64,000 nucleotides of DNA from Candidatus Daviesbacteria bacterium (GTDB lineage: Bacteria; Patescibacteriota; Microgenomatia; Daviesbacterales; UBA10151), in assembly GCA_028715175.1 (NCBI GenBank), contig JAQUSJ010000001.1:7760-71759 (forward strand), in the 5' to 3' direction. The position numbers and the translations under genes are program-made. Below, one piece after another: positions 9,123 through 19,233 of the stretch (position 1 is the first letter of the stretch; every line of letters starts with the position of its first letter). The notes beneath the pieces are model-generated. The model did no database searches and was not told the origin of the DNA. It saw only the letters and a program-made list of their open reading frames with translations.

Positions 9123-9773
9123 TTAAACCTTTTGTTTGCGTAAAATCAATACTGAAGCAAAAAATCCTACTGCCATACCCAACAAAGTTCCCCCAATTAC
9201 ATCTGATAACCAGTGTTCACCTAAATATATTCTGGTTAATGCCATCAGAAATGCAAGTGCAGCAAGTGAGCAAAAAATAATAAATCTATAATGAAAATTT
9301 CTTGAGGAAAAGATCATCGCAGAAGCAAACACAGTAATAATAAAAATTGTTCTGGTCATATGGCCTGAAGGATAAGAAAAATTGGTATGTACATAAAAAC
9401 TTGGCAAACTGGTAGGTAAAATGCTTCTGTGAAACAGGACCGGCGGCCCCGGGTGAAAAACCACTAATTTGCCGAAGATTTCTCCGAGTGAAGCAGGGAC
9501 AATCATCAGCCAGCCGGCAATTGCCAGCCACCTTTTTCGCAAAAAAGCCAAAAAAGCAAACACCAAACAGAGGCCAATCGTCACTTCGACAGAGCCGAGC
9601 AAACTAAAGTAGGAAAAAGTTTCATCAAAACGACGCGAGATATGATCCTGCAACTTAACAGTCGTGTCAAAATCTGTTTTTTGCCAACGTTCCTTGGCTA
9701 CAGTATAGGAAAAATAAGTAAAAAGCAGCACAAATACCAATGAAAGAAGAAATAATTTAGTTTTCACACACAA
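9123..9773 (-). CDS. PAP2-family phosphatase (phosphatidic acid phosphatase/undecaprenyl-diphosphatase-like)
   Basis: PAP2 motifs PSGH (SYPSGHMT) and HWLSDV; multiple TM helices. Confidence 0.7.
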   Translation of the reverse strand: MCVKTKLFLLSLVFVLLFTYFSYTVAKERWQKTDFDTTVKLQDHISRRFDETFSYFSLLGSVEVTIGLCLVFAFLAFLRKRWLAIAGWLMIVPASLGEIFGKLVVFHPGPPVLFHRSILPTSLPSFYVHTNFSYPSGHMTRTIFIITVFASAMIFSSRNFHYRFIIFCSLAALAFLMALTRIYLGEHWLSDVIGGTLLGMAVGFFASVLILRKQKV

Positions 9774-9774
9774 A

Positions 9775-10257
9775 TTATTGTACAGTAATTGAGCCGATTA
9801 AAGAAGATGTGGAATAGCTGCCGATAGTTTTTGTCACAAATTTTAGTTTTGCCCCCACTAACTTGGTAGCTCTTTGGAAATGGTGGATATTGTCATTTTT
9901 GGCTGTTGTCGCAATAATATCAGGCTTGATTTTTTTTATAAGAGAATCGTATTCAAGATCATTCTTCATAAATGGCAGCAAAACTACATAATCTACTGGT
10001 CGCAGTGCAGATAAAATTTTGGCCCGCTCGGCTTGACTATGAACCGGGCGATTAACACCTTTTATAGTCTTAATTTTCTCATCGCTTTCCAGAAGCACTA
10101 TCAAGGCCTCACCTGCTTTTTTTGCTTTCTCCAAAAATATCACATGACCAGGATGCAAAACATCAAAACACCCTCCTGCCAGGACGACTACTTTGCCTTG
10201 TTTTTTCAACCAGTCACAAAGACTGCCGATTTTATTTATAGATATAATTTCTGCCAT
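9775..10257 (-). CDS. cytidylyltransferase-like nucleotidyltransferase (HxGH family; TagD/RfaE-II/RibL-like)
   Basis: GGCFDVLHPGH motif. Start chosen at the internal Met (MAEIISINK) because the longer ORF would overlap the divergent neighbour. Confidence 0.6.
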   Translation of the reverse strand: MAEIISINKIGSLCDWLKKQGKVVVLAGGCFDVLHPGHVIFLEKAKKAGEALIVLLESDEKIKTIKGVNRPVHSQAERAKILSALRPVDYVVLLPFMKNDLEYDSLIKKIKPDIIATTAKNDNIHHFQRATKLVGAKLKFVTKTIGSYSTSSLIGSITVQ

Positions 10258-10287
10258 ATTTTTGATAGTTATGTTACACTTTTGTTG

Positions 10288-10728
10288 ATGGATAATCCAG
10301 AAAATATTACAAGTGTAATCAAAAATATCAATGTTATTCACCAAAGCAGATTAAAACCTCTTGAAAAGCTAGCCTTATTCGTAACAGAAAAAATAGGCAC
10401 AATGGGCTTTTTCTTTTTTATTTTACTCTTTAATCTTGGATGGATAATATGGAATACCTTAGCTCCTAAAAATTTGGTGTTCGATCAAGCTTTTAGCTTT
10501 TTAATACTGCTGCTAATCAACAATATTTTGCAGATTTTGTTCATGCCTTTAATCATGGTCGGACAAAATCTACAGGGCCGTCATGCAGAACTTCGGGCCG
10601 AACAAGAATTCAGGACAGATGTAAAAGCGGCGAAAGAAATTGAAGTAATTTTGCTTCATTTAGAAAACCAACAAAAATTAATGCAAAAAATGTTGGAGAA
10701 AATTGAAGAATTAACTCGCCGCAAGTAA
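10288..10728 (+). CDS. DUF1003-family membrane protein
   Basis: Two TM helices followed by LQGRHAELRAEQEFRTDVKAAKEIE, typical of DUF1003. Start taken at the internal Met (MDNPEN); the upstream extension in the ORF track overlaps the divergent gene. Confidence 0.55.
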   Translation: MDNPENITSVIKNINVIHQSRLKPLEKLALFVTEKIGTMGFFFFILLFNLGWIIWNTLAPKNLVFDQAFSFLILLLINNILQILFMPLIMVGQNLQGRHAELRAEQEFRTDVKAAKEIEVILLHLENQQKLMQKMLEKIEELTRRK

Positions 10729-10983
10729 TTTTTCCCTGGCTAATTTGGCTTCTTCTTTTATCTTAAGCAAAGACGCGGTTTTAGCTTTCCTCTCGGCAAT
10801 GCCTTTATCAACAATCTTTTGACATTCCGGATCAGGACAAATTGTCATAGTATATGTTACGCTGGAAGCGCCAACCTTACCAACCCAAGTTTTACCATCT
10901 ATCCGTTCCTTACCGCATTTAACACAAGGGTTGCTCATTAGAGGTGCAGTATAACAGAATATAGTCTCTAAATCAACCTTCAC
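10711..10983 (-). CDS. zinc-ribbon small protein
   Basis: CVKCGK...CPDPEC pairs; 90 aa. Confidence 0.35.
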   Translation of the reverse strand: MKVDLETIFCYTAPLMSNPCVKCGKERIDGKTWVGKVGASSVTYTMTICPDPECQKIVDKGIAERKAKTASLLKIKEEAKLAREKLLAAS

Positions 10984-10989
10984 ATCAGG

Positions 10990-12276
10990 CTATTTTTTAA
11001 AAATATGTTTTTCCCTTGAAGTTTGACTTTGCCATTTAGGGTTTTGGCGGGTGGCGATTTCTATTTTATGAGCGGCAATTTCCGCTTTTTTCTTGGCTTT
11101 TTGCACATCTGGGTCTGTTGCTAAAACTATACCCATTCTTCTGTTGATATGTGCCTCATTTTTACCAAATAGCAAAATTGTCACGCCTTCCTCGTCTAAA
11201 GCATTTGTTAAATTGTTATAACCCGGATCAAAACCTGTAATAGGTGAAAGAATCACATGAGAGGCGGCTGGAGTAATTATTGGCACCACATCAAAACCTA
11301 AGCGTTTTTTGGTGGGAATTGGTAAACCAGTAATGGCCCGTACATGTAGTGCTGCCTCAGAAAAACCAAGCTGGTGAGAGACAAAAGTCACCATGCCAGT
11401 ATCATGCGGCCGGGGACTACACTCATTGGCCCAAACCATGTCTCCTTTGACAAACAGCTCGCAGCCAAATACCCCAACTCCGCCAAGAGCGTCTGTAACT
11501 TTTTTGGCAACTTCGTAAACTTTTTTCTCGGCTGACTCGCTTATTTCCGCCATCTGCCAACTCGAATGATAATCCCCTCCTCTAGTTTGGTATTGCCCCA
11601 CAGGCAGACAAAATGAAGTCTTGATCGCTCCGTTCTCCCGGTGCCTAATTACCAGCTCTGTCACTTCCAAATCAAAATCAATATTTTTCTCAACTATTAA
11701 CTTATCAGCCGACCCCCGGGCTTCTAAATGAGCTTTCTCGTATGCTTTCTCGATATCATTTTCGCTCATCACTTTACTTGAACCGCTGCCGGAAGAATCC
11801 TGAATGGCCTTAACCCAACAAGGGAATCCGGCCTTTTTGCAAGCTTTCCTTAACTCCTGCAAAGAAGCAGCATAAGCATATTCCGAAACCGGCACACCGG
11901 TTTTTACAATCATCTCGCGGATCCGCTCACGCTGCATTGCTGTATATGTAGCTTTGGCATTGGGGATGACATTAAATCCTTCTTTTTCCAGATCAAACAG
12001 GAGATCCAAATTGATAGCCTCAATTTCCGGCACAATATAATCCGGCCGCTCCCTTTCAATCACGCTTCGCAGGAAACCTGCATCTTTTAAGTTCCCTGTA
12101 TAAGCACGGTGTGCCACCTGTTGACCCGGGGCTCCTTCGTAACGGTCAACTGCAATGGTGAAAAAACCAAGGCGCATGGCTTCGATAATCACTTCTTTGC
12201 CAAGTTCTCCGGCGCCCAGCAACATGATTTTGGTGGATTTGGCAGATAAAGGTGAAAAAAGAATATTGCGCTTCAT
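10990..12276 (-). CDS. ATP-grasp enzyme, PurT/PurK-like (formate-dependent GAR transformylase family)
   Basis: N-terminal KIMLLGAGELGKEVIIEAMRLG resembles the PurT/PurK nucleotide-binding start; ATP-grasp core; 428 aa. Confidence 0.6.
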   Translation of the reverse strand: MKRNILFSPLSAKSTKIMLLGAGELGKEVIIEAMRLGFFTIAVDRYEGAPGQQVAHRAYTGNLKDAGFLRSVIERERPDYIVPEIEAINLDLLFDLEKEGFNVIPNAKATYTAMQRERIREMIVKTGVPVSEYAYAASLQELRKACKKAGFPCWVKAIQDSSGSGSSKVMSENDIEKAYEKAHLEARGSADKLIVEKNIDFDLEVTELVIRHRENGAIKTSFCLPVGQYQTRGGDYHSSWQMAEISESAEKKVYEVAKKVTDALGGVGVFGCELFVKGDMVWANECSPRPHDTGMVTFVSHQLGFSEAALHVRAITGLPIPTKKRLGFDVVPIITPAASHVILSPITGFDPGYNNLTNALDEEGVTILLFGKNEAHINRRMGIVLATDPDVQKAKKKAEIAAHKIEIATRQNPKWQSQTSREKHIFKK

Positions 12277-12352
12277 GAAATAATTAGGGCAAGTTATCTC
12301 AACATCATAAAGGCTACTCTCAAAATTCGCAAGTATATCTTTATAATGTAGC

Positions 12353-12523
12353 TTACATCTTTAGCAGTAGAAGAGCCTGATAAACCAATATGGCTGGCCA
12401 GACAATAGCTTTGAGTATGCCCAGAAACCCCATCCCAAAGGTGGTGGCGTGCTGGAGGAAATAGATTAGAGCTCCAATAAAACCTAAGCCGTATATAGCA
12501 CCTGATGTACCGTTACCTTTCAT
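12353..12523 (-). CDS. small membrane protein
   Basis: Two hydrophobic helices; start taken at the internal Met to avoid overlap with the upstream gene. Confidence 0.3.
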   Translation of the reverse strand: MKGNGTSGAIYGLGFIGALIYFLQHATTFGMGFLGILKAIVWPAILVYQALLLLKM

Positions 12524-13686
12524 CTTTGACCTCCTTTTAAAGCAGTTTTCCTCAGTTGTAGATAATATTCCTTTTTGGTTACAAGTAGAGCTCCCAATCC
12601 AATAAGGGCTGCCAATAATCCCGTAAGCCATCCTAGCACCGGAATAAGTGTAATTAGGTAATAAACCAAAAGCCCTAAGCTAAAAGTAAGATAAACATTC
12701 CATCTTTGTTTAAAATATTTCATCATCCACCTCCCTAAAGCCAGGGATATAAATATTTTAGCCAGCCACAAACCAAAACCTATAAAGAATATCCATAAAA
12801 CAGCCAGCGGCAGGCCGATGACTGTAATCAAAAGTAAAATTATCAGGATTGGCGTAACTGCTACTACCAGCAATCCAAGACCTAAATTTAATAACCAATG
12901 ATCCACCACTACCTCGCTCATCTGGTTAGTAAACCTCGGCACCAGTTTAAGTACTAAAAAACCAATCAGCAGAGCAGACAGAAAACTAAAAAACTTAAAA
13001 GCGGCTCCAAATCCAACCATAGCTTTTCCGGCTCCTGAATATTGCTGGATTTTGGGTGGGATATTTTGGGTTATTTTCCCGGATACGGAAGCTTCAGGGT
13101 TAATATTGGCTTTATTTTCGCTCCAGTAAATTAAATTACCTTGGAGCTTAGCTGTTGGCGCCAAGCTTAATTGATTCACCCCGGCATTAACATCACCACC
13201 CATCTCATTTCCAATGTTAACCATGCCTCCAGCCAAATTAGCCCCTTTGCCAATTGGGCTAAGCAGATTGATATTCCCTCCGGCTGAAGTTAAACTGCCG
13301 GCCACTTGGGCTTGTGGAGATAAAGTAAGACTACCTCCGGCAATAGTGACGTTACGGCCGACATTGCCGTTTAAATTGATATTACCTCCAACTGCACGGA
13401 TATTGCCAGAAACAGTACCATTAATATTTAAATTTCCTCCGACCACTAAAAGATCGCCGTTAACAGCACCATTTAAGATCACAGAACCGCCAGCAAGATA
13501 TGCATCGCCGTTAACCGTGCCATCAACCAAGACATTGCTTCCGGAGGCAAAATAATCTTGGTTAATAACTTCATTTGAAAATAGAGTAGAATTTTGACCT
13601 GAACGGAAATTATTTTGGGCAAAAGTGGTCCTGGGAGTAATAACGAGCAGGAACGCAATAATTAAAACTACGAACCAGCTTCTCAT
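12520..13686 (-). CDS. secreted/membrane protein with beta-helical Gly/Asn-rich repeats and C-terminal TM helices
   Basis: Signal peptide; repetitive GxVNGD/GGN motifs (bactofilin/polymer-forming-like beta-helix); 3-4 C-terminal TM helices. Confidence 0.45.
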   Translation of the reverse strand: MRSWFVVLIIAFLLVITPRTTFAQNNFRSGQNSTLFSNEVINQDYFASGSNVLVDGTVNGDAYLAGGSVILNGAVNGDLLVVGGNLNINGTVSGNIRAVGGNINLNGNVGRNVTIAGGSLTLSPQAQVAGSLTSAGGNINLLSPIGKGANLAGGMVNIGNEMGGDVNAGVNQLSLAPTAKLQGNLIYWSENKANINPEASVSGKITQNIPPKIQQYSGAGKAMVGFGAAFKFFSFLSALLIGFLVLKLVPRFTNQMSEVVVDHWLLNLGLGLLVVAVTPILIILLLITVIGLPLAVLWIFFIGFGLWLAKIFISLALGRWMMKYFKQRWNVYLTFSLGLLVYYLITLIPVLGWLTGLLAALIGLGALLVTKKEYYLQLRKTALKGGQR

Positions 13687-13792
13687 AGTTTTAATTTATA
13701 CCTCTTTAAGTATTTTTTCAATGATCTAGATCACTATCAGTTAAAAACAGCGGCTATCCAAACACCGACAAAATTAATGTTAAGATAAATAT

Positions 13793-14365
13793 ATGGAGGA
13801 GTTGATTGATTTAAATAGCCGATGGAAACATTGGCATTATAAGAATACTGTTTTACTCGTTCTTAGCTTGATTGTCTTCTTTCTGTTTGCTGAGCATCCT
13901 GCTGTGCGCAATGCAATCGATTTAATTGGCAGCTTTGGTTATATTGGAGCTTTTATTACAGGAATACTCTTTGTTTCTATCTTTACTGTAGCTCCGGCTG
14001 CAGTGGTACTCTATTTTCTTGCAGATAATCTTAATCCCCTATTGGTAGCTTTGTTTGCCGGAATAGGCGCGGTAGTTGGTGATTATCTAATCTTTAGATT
14101 TTTGAAAGATCGTGTATTTGATGAACTTACACCATTATTTATGAAAAGTGGCGGCAATAAGATAGTGAAACTCTTTAAAACACCGTATTTTGGATGGTTG
14201 CTCCCCTTGCTGGGAGCACTTATTATTGCTTCTCCTTTTCCGGATGAAGTAGGCATAGGATTGCTTGGAGCGTCTAAGTTACGAAACTGGCAGTTTCTTA
14301 TTTTATCCTTCATTTTAAACTCAATCGGGATATTTATAGTTATTATTGCAGCAAAATCTTTTTAG
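13793..14365 (+). CDS. polytopic membrane protein
   Basis: Several TM helices; 190 aa. Confidence 0.4.
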   Translation: MEELIDLNSRWKHWHYKNTVLLVLSLIVFFLFAEHPAVRNAIDLIGSFGYIGAFITGILFVSIFTVAPAAVVLYFLADNLNPLLVALFAGIGAVVGDYLIFRFLKDRVFDELTPLFMKSGGNKIVKLFKTPYFGWLLPLLGALIIASPFPDEVGIGLLGASKLRNWQFLILSFILNSIGIFIVIIAAKSF

Positions 14366-14966
14366 CTCGGATGAGTCTTTTGTCAACTTCTCCCCAGTTA
14401 ATGATATTCCAAAAAGCATCAATAAATTTAGATCTTTCGTTTTGGTAGTCAAGATAATAAGCGTGTTCCCAAACATCCAGAACTAACAAAATCTTAAAAC
14501 CTGGATAAAGATTAACATTATGCTTCTCAATTTGCATCACTAAAAGCCTTTTTGTTTGCTGACAATAGGCAAGCGCTCCCCAGCCTGAACCCTCTACCGT
14601 CGAGGCTGCTTGAGAGAACTCTTGCTTAAAGCGTTTGGTACTACCAAACTCTAATTTTATAATGTTTGCTAAAACATCTTTTGGTTCACCACCTCCACCT
14701 TTTTCAACCGGAGCCATATTTTCCCAAAAAAGTGAATGGAGAACATGTCCGCCAATGTTAAAAGACAACTCTTTTAAGATTGCTTTCATGTCCAAACTAC
14801 TGCCTTGTTTTCTTGATTTTTCTATTCTTTCTAAAATCGCATTTGTACCATTGACATATCCTTGATGGTGTTTTTGATGATGAATCATCAATTGCCTCTC
14901 TGAAATATAAGGCTCAAGATCATGATAGCCGTAGGGCAGTTTTGGTAATTGATAAAATTTAGCTAT
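14343..14966 (-). CDS. sodA: Fe/Mn superoxide dismutase (5' end uncertain; no canonical start codon for the conserved N-terminus)
   Basis: [19 protein letters not shown] motifs. The in-frame upstream extension encodes the canonical SOD N-terminus [22 protein letters not shown], but the only candidate start there is ATA at 14964-14966. Confidence 0.8.
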   Translation of the reverse strand: MAKFYQLPKLPYGYHDLEPYISERQLMIHHQKHHQGYVNGTNAILERIEKSRKQGSSLDMKAILKELSFNIGGHVLHSLFWENMAPVEKGGGGEPKDVLANIIKLEFGSTKRFKQEFSQAASTVEGSGWGALAYCQQTKRLLVMQIEKHNVNLYPGFKILLVLDVWEHAYYLDYQNERSKFIDAFWNIINWGEVDKRLIRAKKILLQ

Positions 14967-14982
14967 CCTCCTTCACCTCCTT

Positions 14983-17076
14983 TTAGTTTGTAATTAGTAA
15001 ATCTTTTTCTACTCTTTTCAATGACACAGCATTTACTGCCACAATAATTGAGGAAGCTGACATTAAAAGCGCAGAAACTTCAGGCCTTAGAGTGATTCCG
15101 TAACTGGGATAGAAAACTCCGGCAGCAACAGGAATAGCTAAAATATTATAAACACTTGCCCAGACAAGATTTTGTTTCATTTTTCTCACTGTAGCCTTAC
15201 TAAGACGTATGGCCCGCAATATATCGACTGGATCAGATTTCATGAGAACTATATCGGCAGTCTCAATTGCCACATCAGTTCCGGCTCCTATCGCTATTCC
15301 AATATCGGCTTGCGCCAAAGCCGGAGCATCATTCACCCCATCTCCCACCATTGCCACAAATTTACCCTCACTTTGAAGTTGTTTAATATACTCAGCCTTA
15401 TCCTCAGGTAAAACTTCGGCAAACACCCGATCGATGCCAAGTTTCTTACCAATCACCTCAGCTGTTTTTTTATTGTCTCCAGTAACCATAACCACCTCTA
15501 AGCCAAGTTCTTCCATCCGCTTTATGGCCACAAAAGCACTTTTTTTGACGGTATCGGCTGCTGCCGCAACCCCTCTTACTTTACCGTCAACCGCTAAAAT
15601 CATCAGTGTCTTACCCTCGCGCAGCAGACGTTCAACATCTTTTTGTACAGAATCAAGGTTAACTTTTCGATCCTGCATAAGTTTAATTGCGCCAACTAGA
15701 ATATGCTGACCTCCAACTACCGCTTCAACTCCGTGACCGGCAATTGAGGAAAATTTGTCTACACTTTGCAGGGTTAATTTTCTCCTTTTTGCTTCTTCTA
15801 AAACTGCTTTGCTCAAGGGATGAGCAGATTTAGCTTCAACCGCAGCAGTAAGGCGCAAAACTGTATTGGCACTAAATCCCTTCACTGCTACCACATCGGT
15901 AATTTTGGGTTTACCTTCTGTCAAAGTGCCGGTTTTATCCAATACCACTGTCTGGATCTTTGAGGTTTGTTCAAGAGTAGTCGCGTCCTTGATAAGGATA
16001 TTGTGTTTAGCGCCCAAGCCAGTACCAACTGCTACGGCCGTGGGAGTAGCCAAACCCAAGGCATCAGGACAGGCAATGACGATTGCAGAAACCGCAAAGG
16101 TTAACGCCAGCAGCAACCCTTCTCCGGCAATAAAAAACCAGACTATAAAAGTTAACAAACCTGCGCCAATTGCCAATATGACTAAATATTGTGCAGCACG
16201 ATCTGCAATCCTTTGCCCCGGTGCTTTGGAATTTTGGGCAGTCTCAACCATCTTCACGATCTGTGCAAGAACAGTATCCATACCTATTTTAGTTGCCTTA
16301 AATTTCACTGATCCTGATTGATTGATCGAGCCCCCAATCACCTGATCCCCTGCCTTCTTAAAAACAGGCAATGATTCGCCGGTGACCAAAGACTCATCAA
16401 CCGACGTTTTCCCTTCCAAAACTTGCCCATCAACCGGCACTTTATCGCCTGGTTTAAGCAGTAAAATGTCGTTGATTTTAACTTCAGACGTAGGTACGAT
16501 AATCTCTTTACCGTTCCTAATTACTCTGGCTTGAGGTGGTACAAGATCAAAAAGCGCCCGCAGCGCCTCAGAGGTACCTTTTCTTGACTTCATTTCCATC
16601 CAATGACCAAAAAGGACAAAGGTAACAAGAAGCGCTGCTGCTTCAAAAAAAGTTTCCCCACCCACAAAAACAGTGATAAAAACGCTAAAAAGATAGGCAG
16701 CAAACACACCTGTGGCAATTAAAACCATCATGTTAAGAGTTTTATTTTTTAAAGCCTGATAAGCACCGATTGAAAAAATAGAACCAAACTTAAATACAAC
16801 AGGGGTTGTTAACAAAAACAGCAACCAATTATGAGGAATAGGAGTTGGTAATTCAATTCCTAAAAACTCAGTAAAAACAGGCGAATAAAGAAAAACAGGA
16901 ATGGAAAATAGTAACGACCACAAAAAACGATTACGCATATCCTTTTCCATAAAAGCGGCCATTCGAGGGTCAACCATCGCTTGTTCATGATCACCATGGT
17001 TCATCTGACTCATATCATGCTCAGCCGGTCTATGCTTTGCATGGGAATGATTCATTGAATGGTGATTCATTTTCAT
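14983..17076 (-). CDS. heavy-metal-translocating P1B-type ATPase (copper-type), His-rich N-terminus
   Basis: DKTGTLT, GDGVNDAPAL, TGES motifs; TM6 motif is CPD (IACPDALGLATP) rather than CPC/CPH; N-terminal MNHHSMNHSHAKH... His-rich region. Confidence 0.85.
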   Translation of the reverse strand: MKMNHHSMNHSHAKHRPAEHDMSQMNHGDHEQAMVDPRMAAFMEKDMRNRFLWSLLFSIPVFLYSPVFTEFLGIELPTPIPHNWLLFLLTTPVVFKFGSIFSIGAYQALKNKTLNMMVLIATGVFAAYLFSVFITVFVGGETFFEAAALLVTFVLFGHWMEMKSRKGTSEALRALFDLVPPQARVIRNGKEIIVPTSEVKINDILLLKPGDKVPVDGQVLEGKTSVDESLVTGESLPVFKKAGDQVIGGSINQSGSVKFKATKIGMDTVLAQIVKMVETAQNSKAPGQRIADRAAQYLVILAIGAGLLTFIVWFFIAGEGLLLALTFAVSAIVIACPDALGLATPTAVAVGTGLGAKHNILIKDATTLEQTSKIQTVVLDKTGTLTEGKPKITDVVAVKGFSANTVLRLTAAVEAKSAHPLSKAVLEEAKRRKLTLQSVDKFSSIAGHGVEAVVGGQHILVGAIKLMQDRKVNLDSVQKDVERLLREGKTLMILAVDGKVRGVAAAADTVKKSAFVAIKRMEELGLEVVMVTGDNKKTAEVIGKKLGIDRVFAEVLPEDKAEYIKQLQSEGKFVAMVGDGVNDAPALAQADIGIAIGAGTDVAIETADIVLMKSDPVDILRAIRLSKATVRKMKQNLVWASVYNILAIPVAAGVFYPSYGITLRPEVSALLMSASSIIVAVNAVSLKRVEKDLLITN

Positions 17077-17085
17077 AAATTATTC

Positions 17086-17646
17086 CTAGCTCTTTTTTGA
17101 TGAAGCTAATTCAGAAGTCCAAGCAACCAAAGCCTCCAGTAACTCCTTTATTTTATTTCTCGTATAATCATCTATTAAGTTACCTTGTTTATCAAACTTC
17201 TCCGGGGCATTAGGTATCATTACTTCCGGCCGATTTAAGGGAAACATATTTAAGAAAACAAATATCTGTCTTAAATGATATTGAGCCCTGGAGGTTCCCA
17301 ACATCCCGGGAGATGCTCCCATAATACCTACAGGCTTGCCTTCCCAACTGTTATCTGCATACGGACGAGACGCCCAATCGATGGCATTTTTCAAAACCCC
17401 CGGAACGGAGTAATTATATTCGGGGGTTACAAACAAAATTGCATCTGCTGCTCTGATTGCCTTCTTTAGCTTTTTTACTACTTCGGGAGGGTTATTTTCC
17501 TGATCTTGATTAAATGGAGGAATTTTTCCCAAAGAGTCAAAAATCCCAAGGGTAGCATTTTTAGGTACCAAACCCTGAGCAGCTTTAAGCGCTGCTTTAT
17601 TAAATGAGTCTTTCCGTAAACTCCCTGCCATTGCTAAGATTTTGAT
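17086..17646 (-). CDS. NADPH-dependent FMN reductase (flavodoxin-like fold)
   Basis: MIKILAMAGSLRKDSFN start typical of NADPH-dependent FMN reductase/ChrR-like proteins; start taken at the internal Met. Confidence 0.75.
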   Translation of the reverse strand: MKILAMAGSLRKDSFNKAALKAAQGLVPKNATLGIFDSLGKIPPFNQDQENNPPEVVKKLKKAIRAADAILFVTPEYNYSVPGVLKNAIDWASRPYADNSWEGKPVGIMGASPGMLGTSRAQYHLRQIFVFLNMFPLNRPEVMIPNAPEKFDKQGNLIDDYTRNKIKELLEALVAWTSELASSKKS

Positions 17647-17846
17647 CATAGTCTTAGCTTCTCCAACGCGCTTGACGCGCAACTGCTTTATTATACTATT
17701 ATAGTGATTTAATTCCAATAAGTTTAAGTGCCGTTTTAATATACCTGAGACCCTTAATTCTCACTGAAAGGTGTATATAATCCGCTAGCTCACCTACAAA
17801 AAAGGATTGACATGAAGAATCTAAATAGCATAAGCTAAAAATAGAC

Positions 17847-18113
17847 ATGACCAAAGTAAAAAATGCTGGCGGAAGAAAAGTTTCCATCACTCACACACTA
17901 ATTATCTGGACAGGCATTCTTCTGGCCATTTTTGGTGCCCTGGTAGCAGCTCTGGGACTGGGAGGAGTAACTACTTTTACTTTCAAGTGGAAAGATATAA
18001 TAGAACTAAACAGCACAAGTGTAGGAATAGTTATTATGATTACGGGTGTAGTTTTAGCCTGGTATCAGGCAAATCATTTACCCAAAGGGGTCGGTGTTTT
18101 AATGAAGCATTAA
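17847..18113 (+). CDS. small membrane protein
   Basis: Two TM helices; 88 aa. Confidence 0.35.
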   Translation: MTKVKNAGGRKVSITHTLIIWTGILLAIFGALVAALGLGGVTTFTFKWKDIIELNSTSVGIVIMITGVVLAWYQANHLPKGVGVLMKH

Positions 18114-18114
18114 T

Positions 18115-18735
18115 TTGCCGCATCGGATGATTAAAAAGCATTCACAAGGTTTTATCAATCCAATAAGTTTGGTTTTAATTGCTTTCCTGGTAATCGGGGT
18201 AGGAATTTTTTTCTTCCTTAAAAATAAAGGCATTACCAATGCTCCTCCATCTCCCACAGAGTCTCCGGCCCCTACACAATCTCAGACAGAAAATAGCCAA
18301 ATTCCTGATGATTGGCTCACCTTTAAAAATACAACTTACCTTTACCAAATAAATTACCCTCCCCAGTTTCATGCTCAAGGCGATAAAGAACCACCCTATC
18401 CACCCCCACCAGTTAGTAAATCATTTACTCTCAAATATGACAATGGAGAATGGTGTGACTTTGCCATTGTTGCTTCAACCAACATAGAGGGGTTTAGGGG
18501 TGAAATAGCAAGTATCCGCGAACAAGGGAAGGACACCGAATCCCTAACTACTATCGCAGGAGTTGCTGCGTTTGTGTTTGATGCCCAGGGAGGAGACGCC
18601 ATCAATCGCACCTATTATCTAGATCAAAATAACCCTCGTCTTCGCATGGGATATAACTACCGCCCCGCCGGAAAATACAGCCAAGAATGTGCGGATATCG
18701 TCACCAAAATGGTCTCCTCGTTCAAATTTCTTTAA
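18115..18735 (+). CDS. hypothetical secreted/membrane-anchored protein
   Basis: N-terminal TM/signal anchor and a Pro/Ser-rich linker. Confidence 0.35.
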   Translation: MPHRMIKKHSQGFINPISLVLIAFLVIGVGIFFFLKNKGITNAPPSPTESPAPTQSQTENSQIPDDWLTFKNTTYLYQINYPPQFHAQGDKEPPYPPPPVSKSFTLKYDNGEWCDFAIVASTNIEGFRGEIASIREQGKDTESLTTIAGVAAFVFDAQGGDAINRTYYLDQNNPRLRMGYNYRPAGKYSQECADIVTKMVSSFKFL

Positions 18736-18816
18736 AAATAACTCTTCTCTTTACCAAGGTTCTTCAGAATCCGATATGAGTCGAAAAGTAGGATTATAAA
18801 TGTTATAATTAAGCTG

Positions 18817-19233
18817 ATGACTAAGAAAAAAATTTTAATAGCTTTCATTGTCATTATCATCCTAGTTTTTTTAGTTATCTTATTTATAAAAAATAGCAGC
18901 TATACTAGTACGCCAAGTTCCTCTCTTCCCCAACAAACAATTACCCCCCAACCAACAGCTTCTTCAGGACAAGAAACAGCTACTAAAAATCAGGTTATTA
19001 TTGAAAAAAATTCCTTTAACCCACAAGAAATTTCCATCAAAGCTGGAGATACAGTTACCTGGGTTAATAATGATTCCTATAATCATACAGTTACAGGTTC
19101 TAATGGAGCGTTTGATAGTGGAAACATGGCCAGCGGAACTAAATTTAGTTTTACTTTTCCCAAAGCTGGAACCTTCTCCTATGCCTGTAGCATCCACCCA
19201 TTTATGCAAGGGAGTGTTGTTGTTAGTGAATAG
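18817..19233 (+). CDS. cupredoxin (plastocyanin/azurin-like blue copper protein)
   Basis: Type-1 copper ligands in the HTVTG...YACSIHPFMQG pattern (His, Cys, His, Met); signal anchor. Confidence 0.75.
   Translation: MTKKKILIAFIVIIILVFLVILFIKNSSYTSTPSSSLPQQTITPQPTASSGQETATKNQVIIEKNSFNPQEISIKAGDTVTWVNNDSYNHTVTGSNGAFDSGNMASGTKFSFTFPKAGTFSYACSIHPFMQGSVVVSE

Noticed and set aside
10033-10344. Long N-terminal extensions of the divergent DUF1003 and cytidylyltransferase ORFs that overlap each other by about 300 nt
   Set aside because: Both proteins have conserved domain starts at internal Met codons (10288 and 10257), which removes the overlap; the extensions are probably untranslated.
12520-13686. 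Bactofilin call for the beta-helical repeat protein
   Set aside because: Repeats are beta-helix-like, but the protein has a signal peptide and C-terminal TM helices unlike cytoplasmic bactofilins; kept generic.
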